DNA of 64,000 bases from Alloascoidea hylecoeti (lineage: Eukaryota): NCBI GenBank assembly GCA_001600815.1, contig BCKZ01000001.1:974613-1038612 (forward strand), given 5' to 3'. Position 1 is the first letter of the stretch. Each line of letters begins with the position of its first letter. Shown here one piece after another: positions 34,669 to 45,829 of the stretch. Under the pieces are notes generated by a model. It was not told where the DNA came from, made no database searches, and was given only the letters and a program-made list of their open reading frames with translations. The position numbers were made by a program, and so were the translations under genes.

Positions 34669-37513
34669 ATGAAGAGGCAAAACTCCACTTCTTCTTCTCC
34701 TTCGAACCCTCCTTCTCCCAAAACCAACACATCTCCACAACCACCAAAACGACAAAGAACTCAGAAAGCCTGTGATTTTTGTAGGAAGAAGAAAATAAAA
34801 TGCGATGGAAAAAATCCGTGTTTGAATTGCAAAAACTATGCCGTTGACTGCGCCTACACCCATGTTGAAAAGAAAAGAAGCCCATTAAAGCGGTATGTTC
34901 TTCTTGCTATTTCATAGATACTTGTTTTCAGGAGACTAATGACATTTTGTAAAAAGCGCCCAGCACATCCGATCGATGGAATCCCGTTTACAACGGATGG
35001 AAGGAATGATTGAAACTTTAGTCAATAAACTTCAACCGGAAATATCGCACCAACACATCCCTGAATCTTCAACTACTCAAAATTTAATCGATGATCTGTC
35101 AACAGACCCTGAATCTTCCGATGATGATCAAGAAACAGTAAACAATACTACTACTCCCATGAGAATGGAGAAATCATTATCCCTCCACCTCACTCCAAAA
35201 CCATTTACTTCTAATCCAACTGTTGTAAAAGATAACGATTCTTTGAATCCATCTAGCGACAATGTTGATAATTTAGATTTTTTCGGCGCTCATAATAATT
35301 TCTCTTTATTTTCAACACAAGGTGTTCGGTGGATACATACAAAAGTACCGTTTACAAAAAAAGATTTCGAAGCATTAGTTGAGGGTAGAAAAAGAATTCA
35401 TTCGTATTTCATAACAACTTTCAAAGTTTGGGTTGAACCAATTGATACAACACAAGTAGTTGCATTACCACCACAATCAGATATGAATTTTGCGGTTGAT
35501 ACTTTTTTTAAACATATGACTGGAATTAATTTTGTATTTGATAAAAAAGATGTTCAAAGAATGGTTAATAATTATTATGATGAAGAGAAAAAAAATACTT
35601 ATGCTGAATTATTAACAATGAATTTAATTATTGTTATAGGTATACATTACATGATGGATTTAGACATTGCTAATAATAGTAATTCTGAATCTTCAACAAG
35701 ATTTAGAAACATGTTTCTTAAGAAATTTGAACCTGGTGAAGAAACTGCCTATGTTAAAAATACAATTTTTTATTATCATAGATTATCTGTTATCGGTGAA
35801 GGTATACGAACTGTTCAAGCAATGATCTTAATGGTTATTGTATTGACTCATATTTCTTCTCCTGATATTGGTTATATGATTGCTTCAACAACAATTAGAT
35901 TAGCTCAAGAAATGGGTCTTCATAGAAAAGAATCATTAAATGGTTTAAGCCCTGAAGAAGCTAAAAGAAGAAAATTATTATGGTGGACCTGTTATGCTGT
36001 TGATGTTGATATATCAATGAAACATGGTAGACCTGCAATAATTAATCTAAGAGATGTGTCAATGCCATGTGAGCCGATATCAAGAGATCTTTTAGATCAA
36101 TTTAACTTATTAGGTTCTTCTCTCTTAAATCCATTGAATGATATTTCTGAAGACTCTGAAGATAATTATGCCGAAATAGTTGATAAGAAAATTTCAACTT
36201 TTTTACCTATTTTTCAAGAGGTTATAATAAGATTAATGCAATCATTAAATATTATAGCAGGTGAATTTTATGAGGATTTATTTTCAACAAATGCATTTGA
36301 AAATAAATCGTTTCAAGATATTGTTGATAAAGCATTATTAATGGAATCAAAAATTGAAGCATGGAAAAATGCTTTACCAGTTATAATACAACCAGATTTA
36401 GATCAAACTCAATTTTGGAATGATACTAATTGTTCATATTTTATGATGAAAACTCAAAGTTCTGATTCTATCTTACATTATAAAGTTTCAAAAAGTTTAC
36501 TATTGTTGGTATTTTTTAATTATTATTATTATCAAATGGCTCTTCATAGAGTTGTTATAAGTTTCCCTGATGCTGCAAGTTCAGAATTATTATCTGATGG
36601 AAGAAATGGTAGAGTATTTGCAAAATTATCATTACAAAAATTTATAAAAGCTGCAAAATCAATACTAGAATTATCACGTAGTTATACATCAACATTAACA
36701 GTTTTTGCAAATTGTTTAATGTTTTATCCATTATCTGCTTTCATAGCGGTTTTTACACATTTTTTGGTCCATCCTCAACATCCTGATGCTTCAAAAAATT
36801 TAGAAATGATGAAACTTTTCATTAATGATTTTTCAGATACAAAATTTAATAATAATTTTGGTATTAATATGGGTTCAAAAATCTGGGATTATGCTGGGAA
36901 AATGTTAACTCATATTTTTGATCTTGCAACAAGACTTTCAGAAAAGGATAAAATAATGAGATCTCAAAATCAACGTTTGCAATATAACAACAATCTTCCT
37001 TTAACGAATAATGGGAATCGAATTTCACAGTCACAACCACAATCATCCTTCAATGGAAATAGTACTGTTAATAATGAAGCATGGAATCAATCTATTCCTC
37101 ATTCAGCGAATACTCTTTCTAGGAGTGCAACACACTTCCCTCCACCACCATTTCAACCTCCAACTCGAACAACTTCAAATATCCCATTAAACTTTAATGG
37201 TACAAATTGGCCTAGCTCAACATCACTTTCAGATTTATATGATTATAATAATAATGATTTAAATAGCCTTGTCAATGATAATAATCTTATTAATAGTAAT
37301 ACTCCATTTCTCAATGATTCAATGGATAATTATATGTATTCGGGAATGTTTTCAATACCAACTTTTATAACAGATGGAGTATTTGATAGTCCTTATTTAC
37401 CGAATTCAGAAGGTACCACTACTACTCCTAATAGTGTAGGACGACCAAATAGTACTACTGAAAATATGGGTGTGGACTTACCTACAGTTGTAATGGATGA
37501 TTATCATTCATAA
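34669..37513 (+). CDS. Zn(II)2Cys6 transcription factor with fungal TF middle domain; intron 34893-34956
   Basis: [28 protein letters not shown], middle homology region [11 protein letters not shown]...RRKLLWW, and an Asn-rich/acidic C-terminus. Confidence 0.92.
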
Positions 37514-38435
37514 TTTTTTATTTATAATTTCTCATCCTTTTTTTAAAAAAAGCTTTTGGCATTCATGATAATGCTTTGTTTTGGTTTCCATTTTTATGAA
37601 AGAGCTTACTTTTTTTTTAACTAGAAGTCAATTGTGTTGTAACTTAAGCTTATAAGTTGAATGAATTTTTGTTGTCAAACAATGCATTTATATATATAGC
37701 ATTTAGAAACTAACATCATATCATTAAGAGATAAATTTCCTTGTACATTATATAATAGTTACCCATATTTTGGGCAATTAAATGTTGATGGACCATTTAA
37801 ATTGTTTATATTACGATTGTTCATATTTTTCATTTGTTTGCTTGCTTGCTTGCTTGTTTGAATATTGTTATTTTTATTTAGGGTTTCATGTTTCATGAAA
37901 AAGCTGTATTTTACATTTACGGGTGTTTCATTTAATTTCGGCCCCATGACGTATTATGTATTCGACCACTTGATGAGCAAAATATTCCGCACATTTTTTA
38001 AGTTAAACAACCGGTTACAGAATACATTAATGTTTGGCCATGCTGAATACAAATATTAAAAAAAAATCCCCTTAGTTTTTGGCTAATGTGAGATTTTAAT
38101 GTTAATAGTTTCCTCCGTAAACAATATTTATCTTCTTTTACGTTCATTGAGCTTGCACTTGTAATATATTTAAAACACATATAATGAAGTAGTATGTAGA
38201 TCGACATCTTTTCTCGTCAGGCTTCAGAGGTTTTAGGTTTTTAAATGTATCCACCAAGTGGCCGAAATTAAGTGAAATGACTCTATGTTATATATTTAAA
38301 AAGAACAAACAAAGATGGATCACCATTAAGTAAAATAAGTGCATCTAAACATATATATAGCTATAGTCCAATATAGCTCGCAAACAAGTGCGGCAATAAT
38401 ATAATATATATGTTTAACTTTTGACTTAAATTTCA

Positions 38436-39611
38436 TTAATTAACATCCAATGGCTTCCTTGCAACAAAAAGCATCATTGGAGTAAATATCTCCATCTTTC
38501 CAGCATTCACTAAGTTAATTGCTGCATCTTCTAGTGTAGTCGTAACCTTGGTGGTTCCTTTAGGTGCAATCCCGATTGATTCCATCAATCTGCAACCATT
38601 TCTAGTGATAGATCTTCCTAGTGCTGAAATTCGAAAGTAGTTAAATAAGTCGCCAATTGCAGCGGTTTGAACATATTTCCATTCCCCGCTTAAGGGATAC
38701 CACCATGGAATCTCATCACCTAAAGCTGCCAAGTTCTTTTCACATTCAATTTCAAACCCAACTTTTTCAAGCGCTTTACGGGAAACCTCAACTTTGTACA
38801 TTTTTGGTATACCGTTACCAAATTCAATCTCATATGCAATTCTTCTATGCTCTGGATTTGTTTCATCGTATTTATCGGTCATAACCCATTCATAAACACC
38901 AAAGACACACCCTGGCTTCAAAACATTATAGATTTCTCCATACACTCTTTCTAAGACAGGGGCGTGTACAGTGGCTTCAATCGCATAAGCAGCATCAAAT
39001 GATTCAGGTTCAAAATCCATTTGCATGAAATCTCCTTTCACAAAAGATAATTTATCTTCTAGTTTGTATATTTTACTGTAATTCTTAGCGCGCTCTATTT
39101 GATAATCACTATTATTCAATCCAACAATTTCGCACCCAACGTAACGAGTGATCTCCATGGCTGGGCCGCCAACGCCACAACCAACATCAAGAACCTTCAT
39201 ATTTTCATCCAGGTTCATCTTATTAGCTAAGTAATGCTCATGACGGGCCTGTGCTTGCTTGAAAGTTTCACCTTTGTAGAAACGATTGAAATGAAAGTTG
39301 GAACTCCAGCCATACTCATAAAAATCCGTAACCAAATTATAAAAATGTTTAGTCATTGAAGAATAATCATCTAAACGAGTCTGTACGTTTTCAGGATCAG
39401 TTTTCCCATCCCAATTTTTGAAATAGCTATCAACAGAAACCTTTTGAGCATTTCTTCGTTTCTCAAGAATTGCGGTAAATCCTGTTTTTGCACCAATTCT
39501 ATTTCCATGTAAGGCATGAGCAAAGTCTAAGTCAGCTTTAAAATTCTTGTTTCCTAGTTTAGAAATGTGAGGTTCGGTAGAGGTTGAGTTAGAGTGAACT
39601 ATAGTGGACAT
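38436..39611 (-). CDS. ERG6: Sterol 24-C-methyltransferase
   Basis: YNLVTDFYEYGW, LDVGCGVGGP, YAIEATVHAP and GVYEW. Confidence 0.92.
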   Translation of the reverse strand: MSTIVHSNSTSTEPHISKLGNKNFKADLDFAHALHGNRIGAKTGFTAILEKRRNAQKVSVDSYFKNWDGKTDPENVQTRLDDYSSMTKHFYNLVTDFYEYGWSSNFHFNRFYKGETFKQAQARHEHYLANKMNLDENMKVLDVGCGVGGPAMEITRYVGCEIVGLNNSDYQIERAKNYSKIYKLEDKLSFVKGDFMQMDFEPESFDAAYAIEATVHAPVLERVYGEIYNVLKPGCVFGVYEWVMTDKYDETNPEHRRIAYEIEFGNGIPKMYKVEVSRKALEKVGFEIECEKNLAALGDEIPWWYPLSGEWKYVQTAAIGDLFNYFRISALGRSITRNGCRLMESIGIAPKGTTKVTTTLEDAAINLVNAGKMEIFTPMMLFVARKPLDVN

Positions 39612-41640
39612 TATTGAAACTTATATTTTAGCAGTTGAATGCTTAATTAAGAGGATAAGCTAATAAAAAGCAAGTTATAATTAATATTAAAATTCAATAC
39701 AATATCTTATACTTCAGCTTAGAATATTAACAGGAAACCTCTGCTTTATATAAAGAATGACAAAGCTAGAGTTGATATTTAATTTTGTAACCCGGTTAAA
39801 TCAAGTTTTTGAGACTGATCTATAGTTAATACATCAACAATGTTGTATCTCACTATATGCATAAATTGATTTCTTTATCATTTTTTCGGTACGAAAGGAA
39901 ATATTTGGTTCCTTATAATAGCAATAAATTATCAGCTGTTTAGAAGAGAAGAGTAAAGGGGAACATTTATTGGCCACTTTTGCAACACTTATTGCAGGAT
40001 TAAGATTATTATTGATCAGCCTGCAATTGTATAGGACAATGAATCATCTCATGATCATGATCAAATTGCTAGTAACATTACAAAGATAATCAATAGAATA
40101 TCTGAAAAGTTCTAATATAAACTTATAAGTTATGTAGATAAACATGTATAATGTTACACGTACTTTCCAATCAGGATAGGCACTAGATTATAGAGACCAA
40201 CAACTTTAATCATAGTTCTTTTGCTGGGTTCGACAATGAAAAAAAATGGTTTTTATAGCTCATTGGATTGTAGCTATTTTAATTTTAATAGCTAGGACTT
40301 ACCATATCTTATACTGTTTTTTCACTTGTTGTTAGCGAAATATTTTGGGAATATTATCGAAAAGTGTTAGATTAAGTTACATATGTATACCAATAAATGC
40401 GATAAATTATGCGATATAATTAAAATTAAAGGTTTGGAAATCAATTTTGATTTAAAAATTATTCAAAGAATCAATTACCATTGTTACGTATACCTTACAG
40501 GTACTCAGTTTAATCAATTCATATATTTAGCGATATTATTGAAAATTATTTAGCCAAGACGTACATATGATTCCGTATGAACCACTAAAGAAATGAAATA
40601 AAAGTACATGTACGAATTATTGGTTATAACTATAACTTAATATGGTAGTAAAACATTTATTTGTGCATTGGCAATTTGGCACGTTTAGTCTATTCGTTTT
40701 GTTTTACAACAATTCACTTGTGGTGTTTTGGTGAGGACCATTTGCATTTAAACATTTGGTCCATTTGTTGAGCAATGACTCACATACACTGGGAATAGAA
40801 AGTTGAAAATAATTAAGCATTAAATTTATAATTAATTTATTGAAATATACAATCATATATTTTGAATTGTTAAAGAATAATTATAAATATATATTTAAAT
40901 GCAAAATAAACATGAGGTTGAATAGCACAACAATAATATCTTTTCATAAAAAACAGAACAAATAGAGCAATTGCAAATTGATGCATAAGAGAATATAGAT
41001 AAAAAAAAATTAGACGAAAATGTTTGGGAAATATATACTAGAAACAAAAATTAGTTTAACAATATGAAAACATGAATGAAAAATGATAATTATAAAATAA
41101 ATCAAATAAAAACAAGGTTAATAAAGCAAGAAGGCACATTTAACTTTTTTCACTCTTTCTATCACCACTCTTCTTTGTAATCGATTATTATTAATCAGAA
41201 CACATCTACCATTAATGACATAAACGGGATGTATCTAATATAAAAGAAATTATGTATAGGAAAAAAATATGTATAGGAATAAAGTATGAATATGGTAGTT
41301 AGTTCTTTTTTGAACAAGCGTATTGTTCCTTGAACTAAAAATCTACCCCGTTCTTTCAATTAACTTTTAATAATGAATAATTGTAGATTTCGCCAATTAT
41401 CTTTAAACTCATGGTGAAAAAATAAATAATCAAAATTTATAAAATAATTATAAAAAAATAATGACCATATAGAGGGATGGAACATCAACTGAACGAAAAA
41501 GTCAAATAGTAAAAGTTAATGTCATGATAATAAAGAGAATACAGAAACTGGTCATTTTTATAATTTATCATAATGTGATTATAAAGAAACAAATGCTAGA
41601 ATAAATTTAGATATCGAACGTAGTTTCAATACTAACATAA

Positions 41641-44574
41641 TCATCGCATACTTTGGATTGATTTCCTGTCAGCAATCATAGCGTTTGTATCTTCATTTAA
41701 ATGTTTTGGTAGAGATGGACATTTAGAGATTGATTCTAATAATTCAGGAACCAAAGTAGAAAAATCATCGATTTTTCGTGATTTCAATTCAACTCTAATA
41801 TTTCCAATTTTTTGTACCAATTGTGGATGATATAAAAAGGGGAAACCTTGTAACAATGATAAAACTGAATCAACACAAAGTTCTTTTAAAATGTATTTAA
41901 AAGTCAATACTTTAAATATAATTCTTCTTGCTTCATAATCAGTTTCACATCTCATATGAATAAGTGTTAACATTTCTTCTCTAAATGATGATAATTTATC
42001 ATAATTTGATTCTTGTGTTGTTATAATTGCATCAGCTAATTCACGTACAGTTGTAACTGAACTGAAAATTTCTTTGTTATTATTTAACCAATCATTATCA
42101 TATTCAGTTTGTGCAAATGATTTTATATAATAAAAAAATAATATTGAATCATAAGGTAAAAAGAAAGTTTTTTCAACAAATGATTCTAAGAAGTCACGTA
42201 ATGTTGATGAATGAATTGAAAATTGAAGTGGCAAATCTAATGATTGTGGATATACATCATCGTTATTAGTTTTTAATTTATTTTTATTGACACTAGTATC
42301 ATTATTGTTTGTAAAATTATCCTTACCAGTCAAGTGGATGTTTTTAAATTTCTCAGTATCTTTATGCAATTCAGTATTAAGTTTTATTGCAATCGAACTT
42401 GCTTCACTGGCAGCACTAGTAGTACTAGAACTGCTAGTACATCTAGATGAAGTGCCTGCACTTATAGATGGGGATATATTATCCTCTTGGTCCAAAGCAC
42501 CCACATCCGTCATAATATTTCCCACGGCTTTACTTGGCGGTGTATTACCATTAGTCTTAAGTGATTTTGAGGATAAAACACTATTACCTAATCTCATAGA
42601 AGACGCCAGTTCGTTTCCACCATTAGAATTTGTAGGATAAATACTTTTCGATATGACTGAAGATATGGAGTCACGTTTATCAAGTATGGATGACCTAAAT
42701 CTATTAGGCGATGACGATCTTTTGGATAATGAGGATTCTAAACGAGAACTGGATTGAGAGGGAGAATTCGACCTAGTAGAAGTTCTTGATCTTGTCCTAG
42801 AATCGGATCTAGTTGATCTTGAACTCTTCAACTTTTCTTCATCATCATGTCTTAGTCTTGGAATTGATTGTGTTGATAGTACAGAAGAAATTGATTTTGA
42901 AGATGTTGATGCTGATATTTTGGGAGTTATTGTTTGCCTTGAAATAACATCATTCATAAAACTAAGATCGAGTGGATCAATATTCTCGTCATGTGGTTTC
43001 TCATTTGTATTATTTGAAGTTGGTTTTGTTTGTTCTTTATAATTAGACTTGTTGGATTCTTCTACTTGAGAAAAGTCTCGATATATTGAAGAGTTGGTAT
43101 GAACACCTGCCATAATACTTTCGTTAATATTTGCAATAAAACTCTTGTTTAGGTCTTTATATTTGAGACCAGGCAACTTACGTGCCATTCTTGAAATATT
43201 AAGAGAAGCTTCGCGTGCATGCTGTGGTTCAGAATCATGTTCAGGGACGATTTCCTTTACAGGAGAGTGTACCTCCTTTTCAGAATGTTTCTCATTCTTA
43301 TCCCCTTCTTGGCAAACAGTTTCATTGTTTTGAAGTTTGGGACAACTAGTGGATATGTGAGAGTTGCTACCACATTTAAAACATCGTTCCTCTTTTTTGT
43401 ACCTATAAAATTCTTCTCGTGTTAAATTCCAAAATTTCCAAGGCTGTTTATCTTTGATAGATTTTTTAGATCTGTGCCTTCTTCTTTTGGCATTTGGAGA
43501 AGGTTCTGTTGATGTAGTGGATGAAGGGGAGAACATAGAAGGACTATATGAGCTTCGAGGGCTCAATGAATTTCTAGGAGACGGTGCTCGAACGGGAGAC
43601 GATGATCGGATTGGAGACGATGATCGGATTGGAGACGATGATCGGATTGGAGACGATGATCGGATTGGAGATGAAGATCGGATTGGAGATGAAGATCGAA
43701 CAGGCGAATATGACCGAGTAGGAGAAGTTGGAATTTGAAGAGAATGCATCAGTGGAGATCCACTTAGATATGATGATAAAGATGAAATAGACGAAGAGTA
43801 TGATAGACGCGAATCTGAATCTTTATGCTCCAGTTGAGCTTTTGACTTTAGTTTAATTCTCTTAAATTTTTTCATAGTCTCATTAATAATTTCTTTCAAT
43901 TGGTGTGTAGATTTGATATCTCGTTCCAAAAGTTGGGTTCTTAAGTAAGGTTTAAACTCTTCATTTAAGCCTTCGTAAAACCATTGGGCCAAAATGGTAG
44001 GATCAAGATCGACAAACATTGTTGTATTTGATCTCAAGTCATTTAAATATCTTTGCCAATATTGTCTAAATGAGAGATTCCTCTGTCTAGCATTCTTCAA
44101 TAATAGCTTTGCATCGATGGCATCCAAAGAATATATGTTTTCGTCTTTAACGCACTCCAAAACAAGGTTATGGTACTCATTAAAGTTTCTGACATCGACT
44201 TCTTCAGTATTAATTAAGAGTTTGGAAATGGCAGCCGCTTTTCTAAAGTTTAAACAGTTGAATAACCATCTCGAGTATATTTCGATATCATTTCTTTTTG
44301 ATTCTGGAGCGACATTTTGATACGCTCTGGCGTATTGTTCCAGTAGTTCATGAACGGTAATCCCACCAAATTTCTCGACAGCCTGGTCCCAAGCCAGAAA
44401 ACTCAGAACCTTTTTATTCTCGAAGCCATCGTTTATGAAGCGTTCTACGATGAGGGGATGTAGTTGAGAGGAAGATGAATCCATACCTAGCTGTCGATTT
44501 GTCGTTTGTTCTGGCTCGAGCTTCTGGGCCAGGAGCAGACTAAATGGTTCTGTCATGGGGATTACCCGGTGCAT
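41641..44574 (-). CDS. Retrotransposon Gag-derived protein (Ty3/gypsy-like capsid + CCHC zinc knuckle + Ser-rich linker + C-terminal helical domain)
   Basis: An MHR-like segment LKNARQRNLSFRQYWQRY, then WFYEGLNEEFK, and the knuckle YKKEERCFKCGSNSHISTSC. No pol motifs or LTRs are visible. Confidence 0.72.
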   Translation of the reverse strand: MHRVIPMTEPFSLLLAQKLEPEQTTNRQLGMDSSSSQLHPLIVERFINDGFENKKVLSFLAWDQAVEKFGGITVHELLEQYARAYQNVAPESKRNDIEIYSRWLFNCLNFRKAAAISKLLINTEEVDVRNFNEYHNLVLECVKDENIYSLDAIDAKLLLKNARQRNLSFRQYWQRYLNDLRSNTTMFVDLDPTILAQWFYEGLNEEFKPYLRTQLLERDIKSTHQLKEIINETMKKFKRIKLKSKAQLEHKDSDSRLSYSSSISSLSSYLSGSPLMHSLQIPTSPTRSYSPVRSSSPIRSSSPIRSSSPIRSSSPIRSSSPIRSSSPVRAPSPRNSLSPRSSYSPSMFSPSSTTSTEPSPNAKRRRHRSKKSIKDKQPWKFWNLTREEFYRYKKEERCFKCGSNSHISTSCPKLQNNETVCQEGDKNEKHSEKEVHSPVKEIVPEHDSEPQHAREASLNISRMARKLPGLKYKDLNKSFIANINESIMAGVHTNSSIYRDFSQVEESNKSNYKEQTKPTSNNTNEKPHDENIDPLDLSFMNDVISRQTITPKISASTSSKSISSVLSTQSIPRLRHDDEEKLKSSRSTRSDSRTRSRTSTRSNSPSQSSSRLESSLSKRSSSPNRFRSSILDKRDSISSVISKSIYPTNSNGGNELASSMRLGNSVLSSKSLKTNGNTPPSKAVGNIMTDVGALDQEDNISPSISAGTSSRCTSSSSTTSAASEASSIAIKLNTELHKDTEKFKNIHLTGKDNFTNNNDTSVNKNKLKTNNDDVYPQSLDLPLQFSIHSSTLRDFLESFVEKTFFLPYDSILFFYYIKSFAQTEYDNDWLNNNKEIFSSVTTVRELADAIITTQESNYDKLSSFREEMLTLIHMRCETDYEARRIIFKVLTFKYILKELCVDSVLSLLQGFPFLYHPQLVQKIGNIRVELKSRKIDDFSTLVPELLESISKCPSLPKHLNEDTNAMIADRKSIQSMR
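43595..43698 (-). repeat. 18-bp coding minisatellite, about 6 copies (RSSSPI)
   Basis: Tandem ggagacgatgatcggatt and ggagatgaagatcggatt units on the + strand. Confidence 0.95.
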
Positions 44575-45829
44575 TTTATTGGAGAAGCATTATTATCATA
44601 ATTTTATTTAATTTTTGTAGGGAACCCGCCTCTTTTCTGCCTTTTCTGCATTGCAGTCTGCGTTCTACAACTTCCAAAGCCAGCCCTTCTGTTTCGTAAG
44701 AAAGGAGACTCCGGATCTGAGAAAGTGTCCCCTCATTGGCCCATTCTGCCACTGTTACTATTAATACTCTCCGATCTTTTGATTTGGGGAAAAAAATAGC
44801 AAAATTGCAATGTATACTCCCGGGCAATTGCTCTTTTATGTCCCCACCTCGGAATCACGTATGAACTATGGTGAAGATTAGTTTAAAATTCAACCTTCGT
44901 TCCCGCCACTTGTATAAACTGAGATCTCCTTAATTAGCAGTTGGGTCTTGTTATATGTTATGCGCGCGTCGCTTTTGAGCAAATGCACATTAAGCATTAT
45001 AAATTGGATATAAGTAACCTATAGATCATCTTTTACTTCGATGTTATAATTATAAATTTCCTTATTTGTCCCGTTGCACTAATATCAATGCTATTCTTGT
45101 CTCAAAGTCTTATTGTTGAACATTTGAATCCAAGCGATGAGCTTTACGATTATTCATAGAATCATAGCAAACTATATTAACAGTCCATTTTATTAAATCT
45201 CCATATAATAGTTGGTTGACTTCTTAATTAATATTCGCCTGAAATTTTCAAGTTTTACTGATCATACATGCTAATCGATGCAATCTCCTATTTTAGAAAA
45301 TAAAACTTGAAAATCCCTTTAAGCCTCGGTTCTCCTGGTTATGCCATTTCCGCTTAAATACTGTTGATATGTTTACTAGTTTCCTAAAATGCTTGACAGT
45401 AATGGTGATCATCGGATAAGTCATATTTTAACATTATTCTCTAAACTTCATGTTTGCCATTCTATTTATTTTTCAATAAACATTTGCTATGGTAACATAA
45501 TAAAACCCGCACCATTGTTACAAGTATGACATGATTTTTGTTGTAGCATTTAATAAACTCAATTGCATAATTAAACTTTTATTTTTATATATTGTTAGGG
45601 CCTACATTATTGTTAATTGGAGGCATTTACCAAACTTTCACAATTGCAATTACAACTAAGCCTAGGAATGGAAAACCTTCTCCGCATAAATCTTAAACAT
45701 TTCAATATACACTTTACTCTCATTAATATTCCAAATTCTTCAATCACTTGTGAACGTTTATTAGAAGTGTACTTCGCGATTGAATAGAAGCTATAAGCGT
45801 TGAAAGTCGGTACCTGCTTACTTTAGTAG

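Noticed and set aside
44576..44827. 83-aa ORF upstream of the Gag-like gene as part of a retroelement
   Set aside because: It starts at TTG and has no recognisable motif, and no LTR or PBS is seen nearby.
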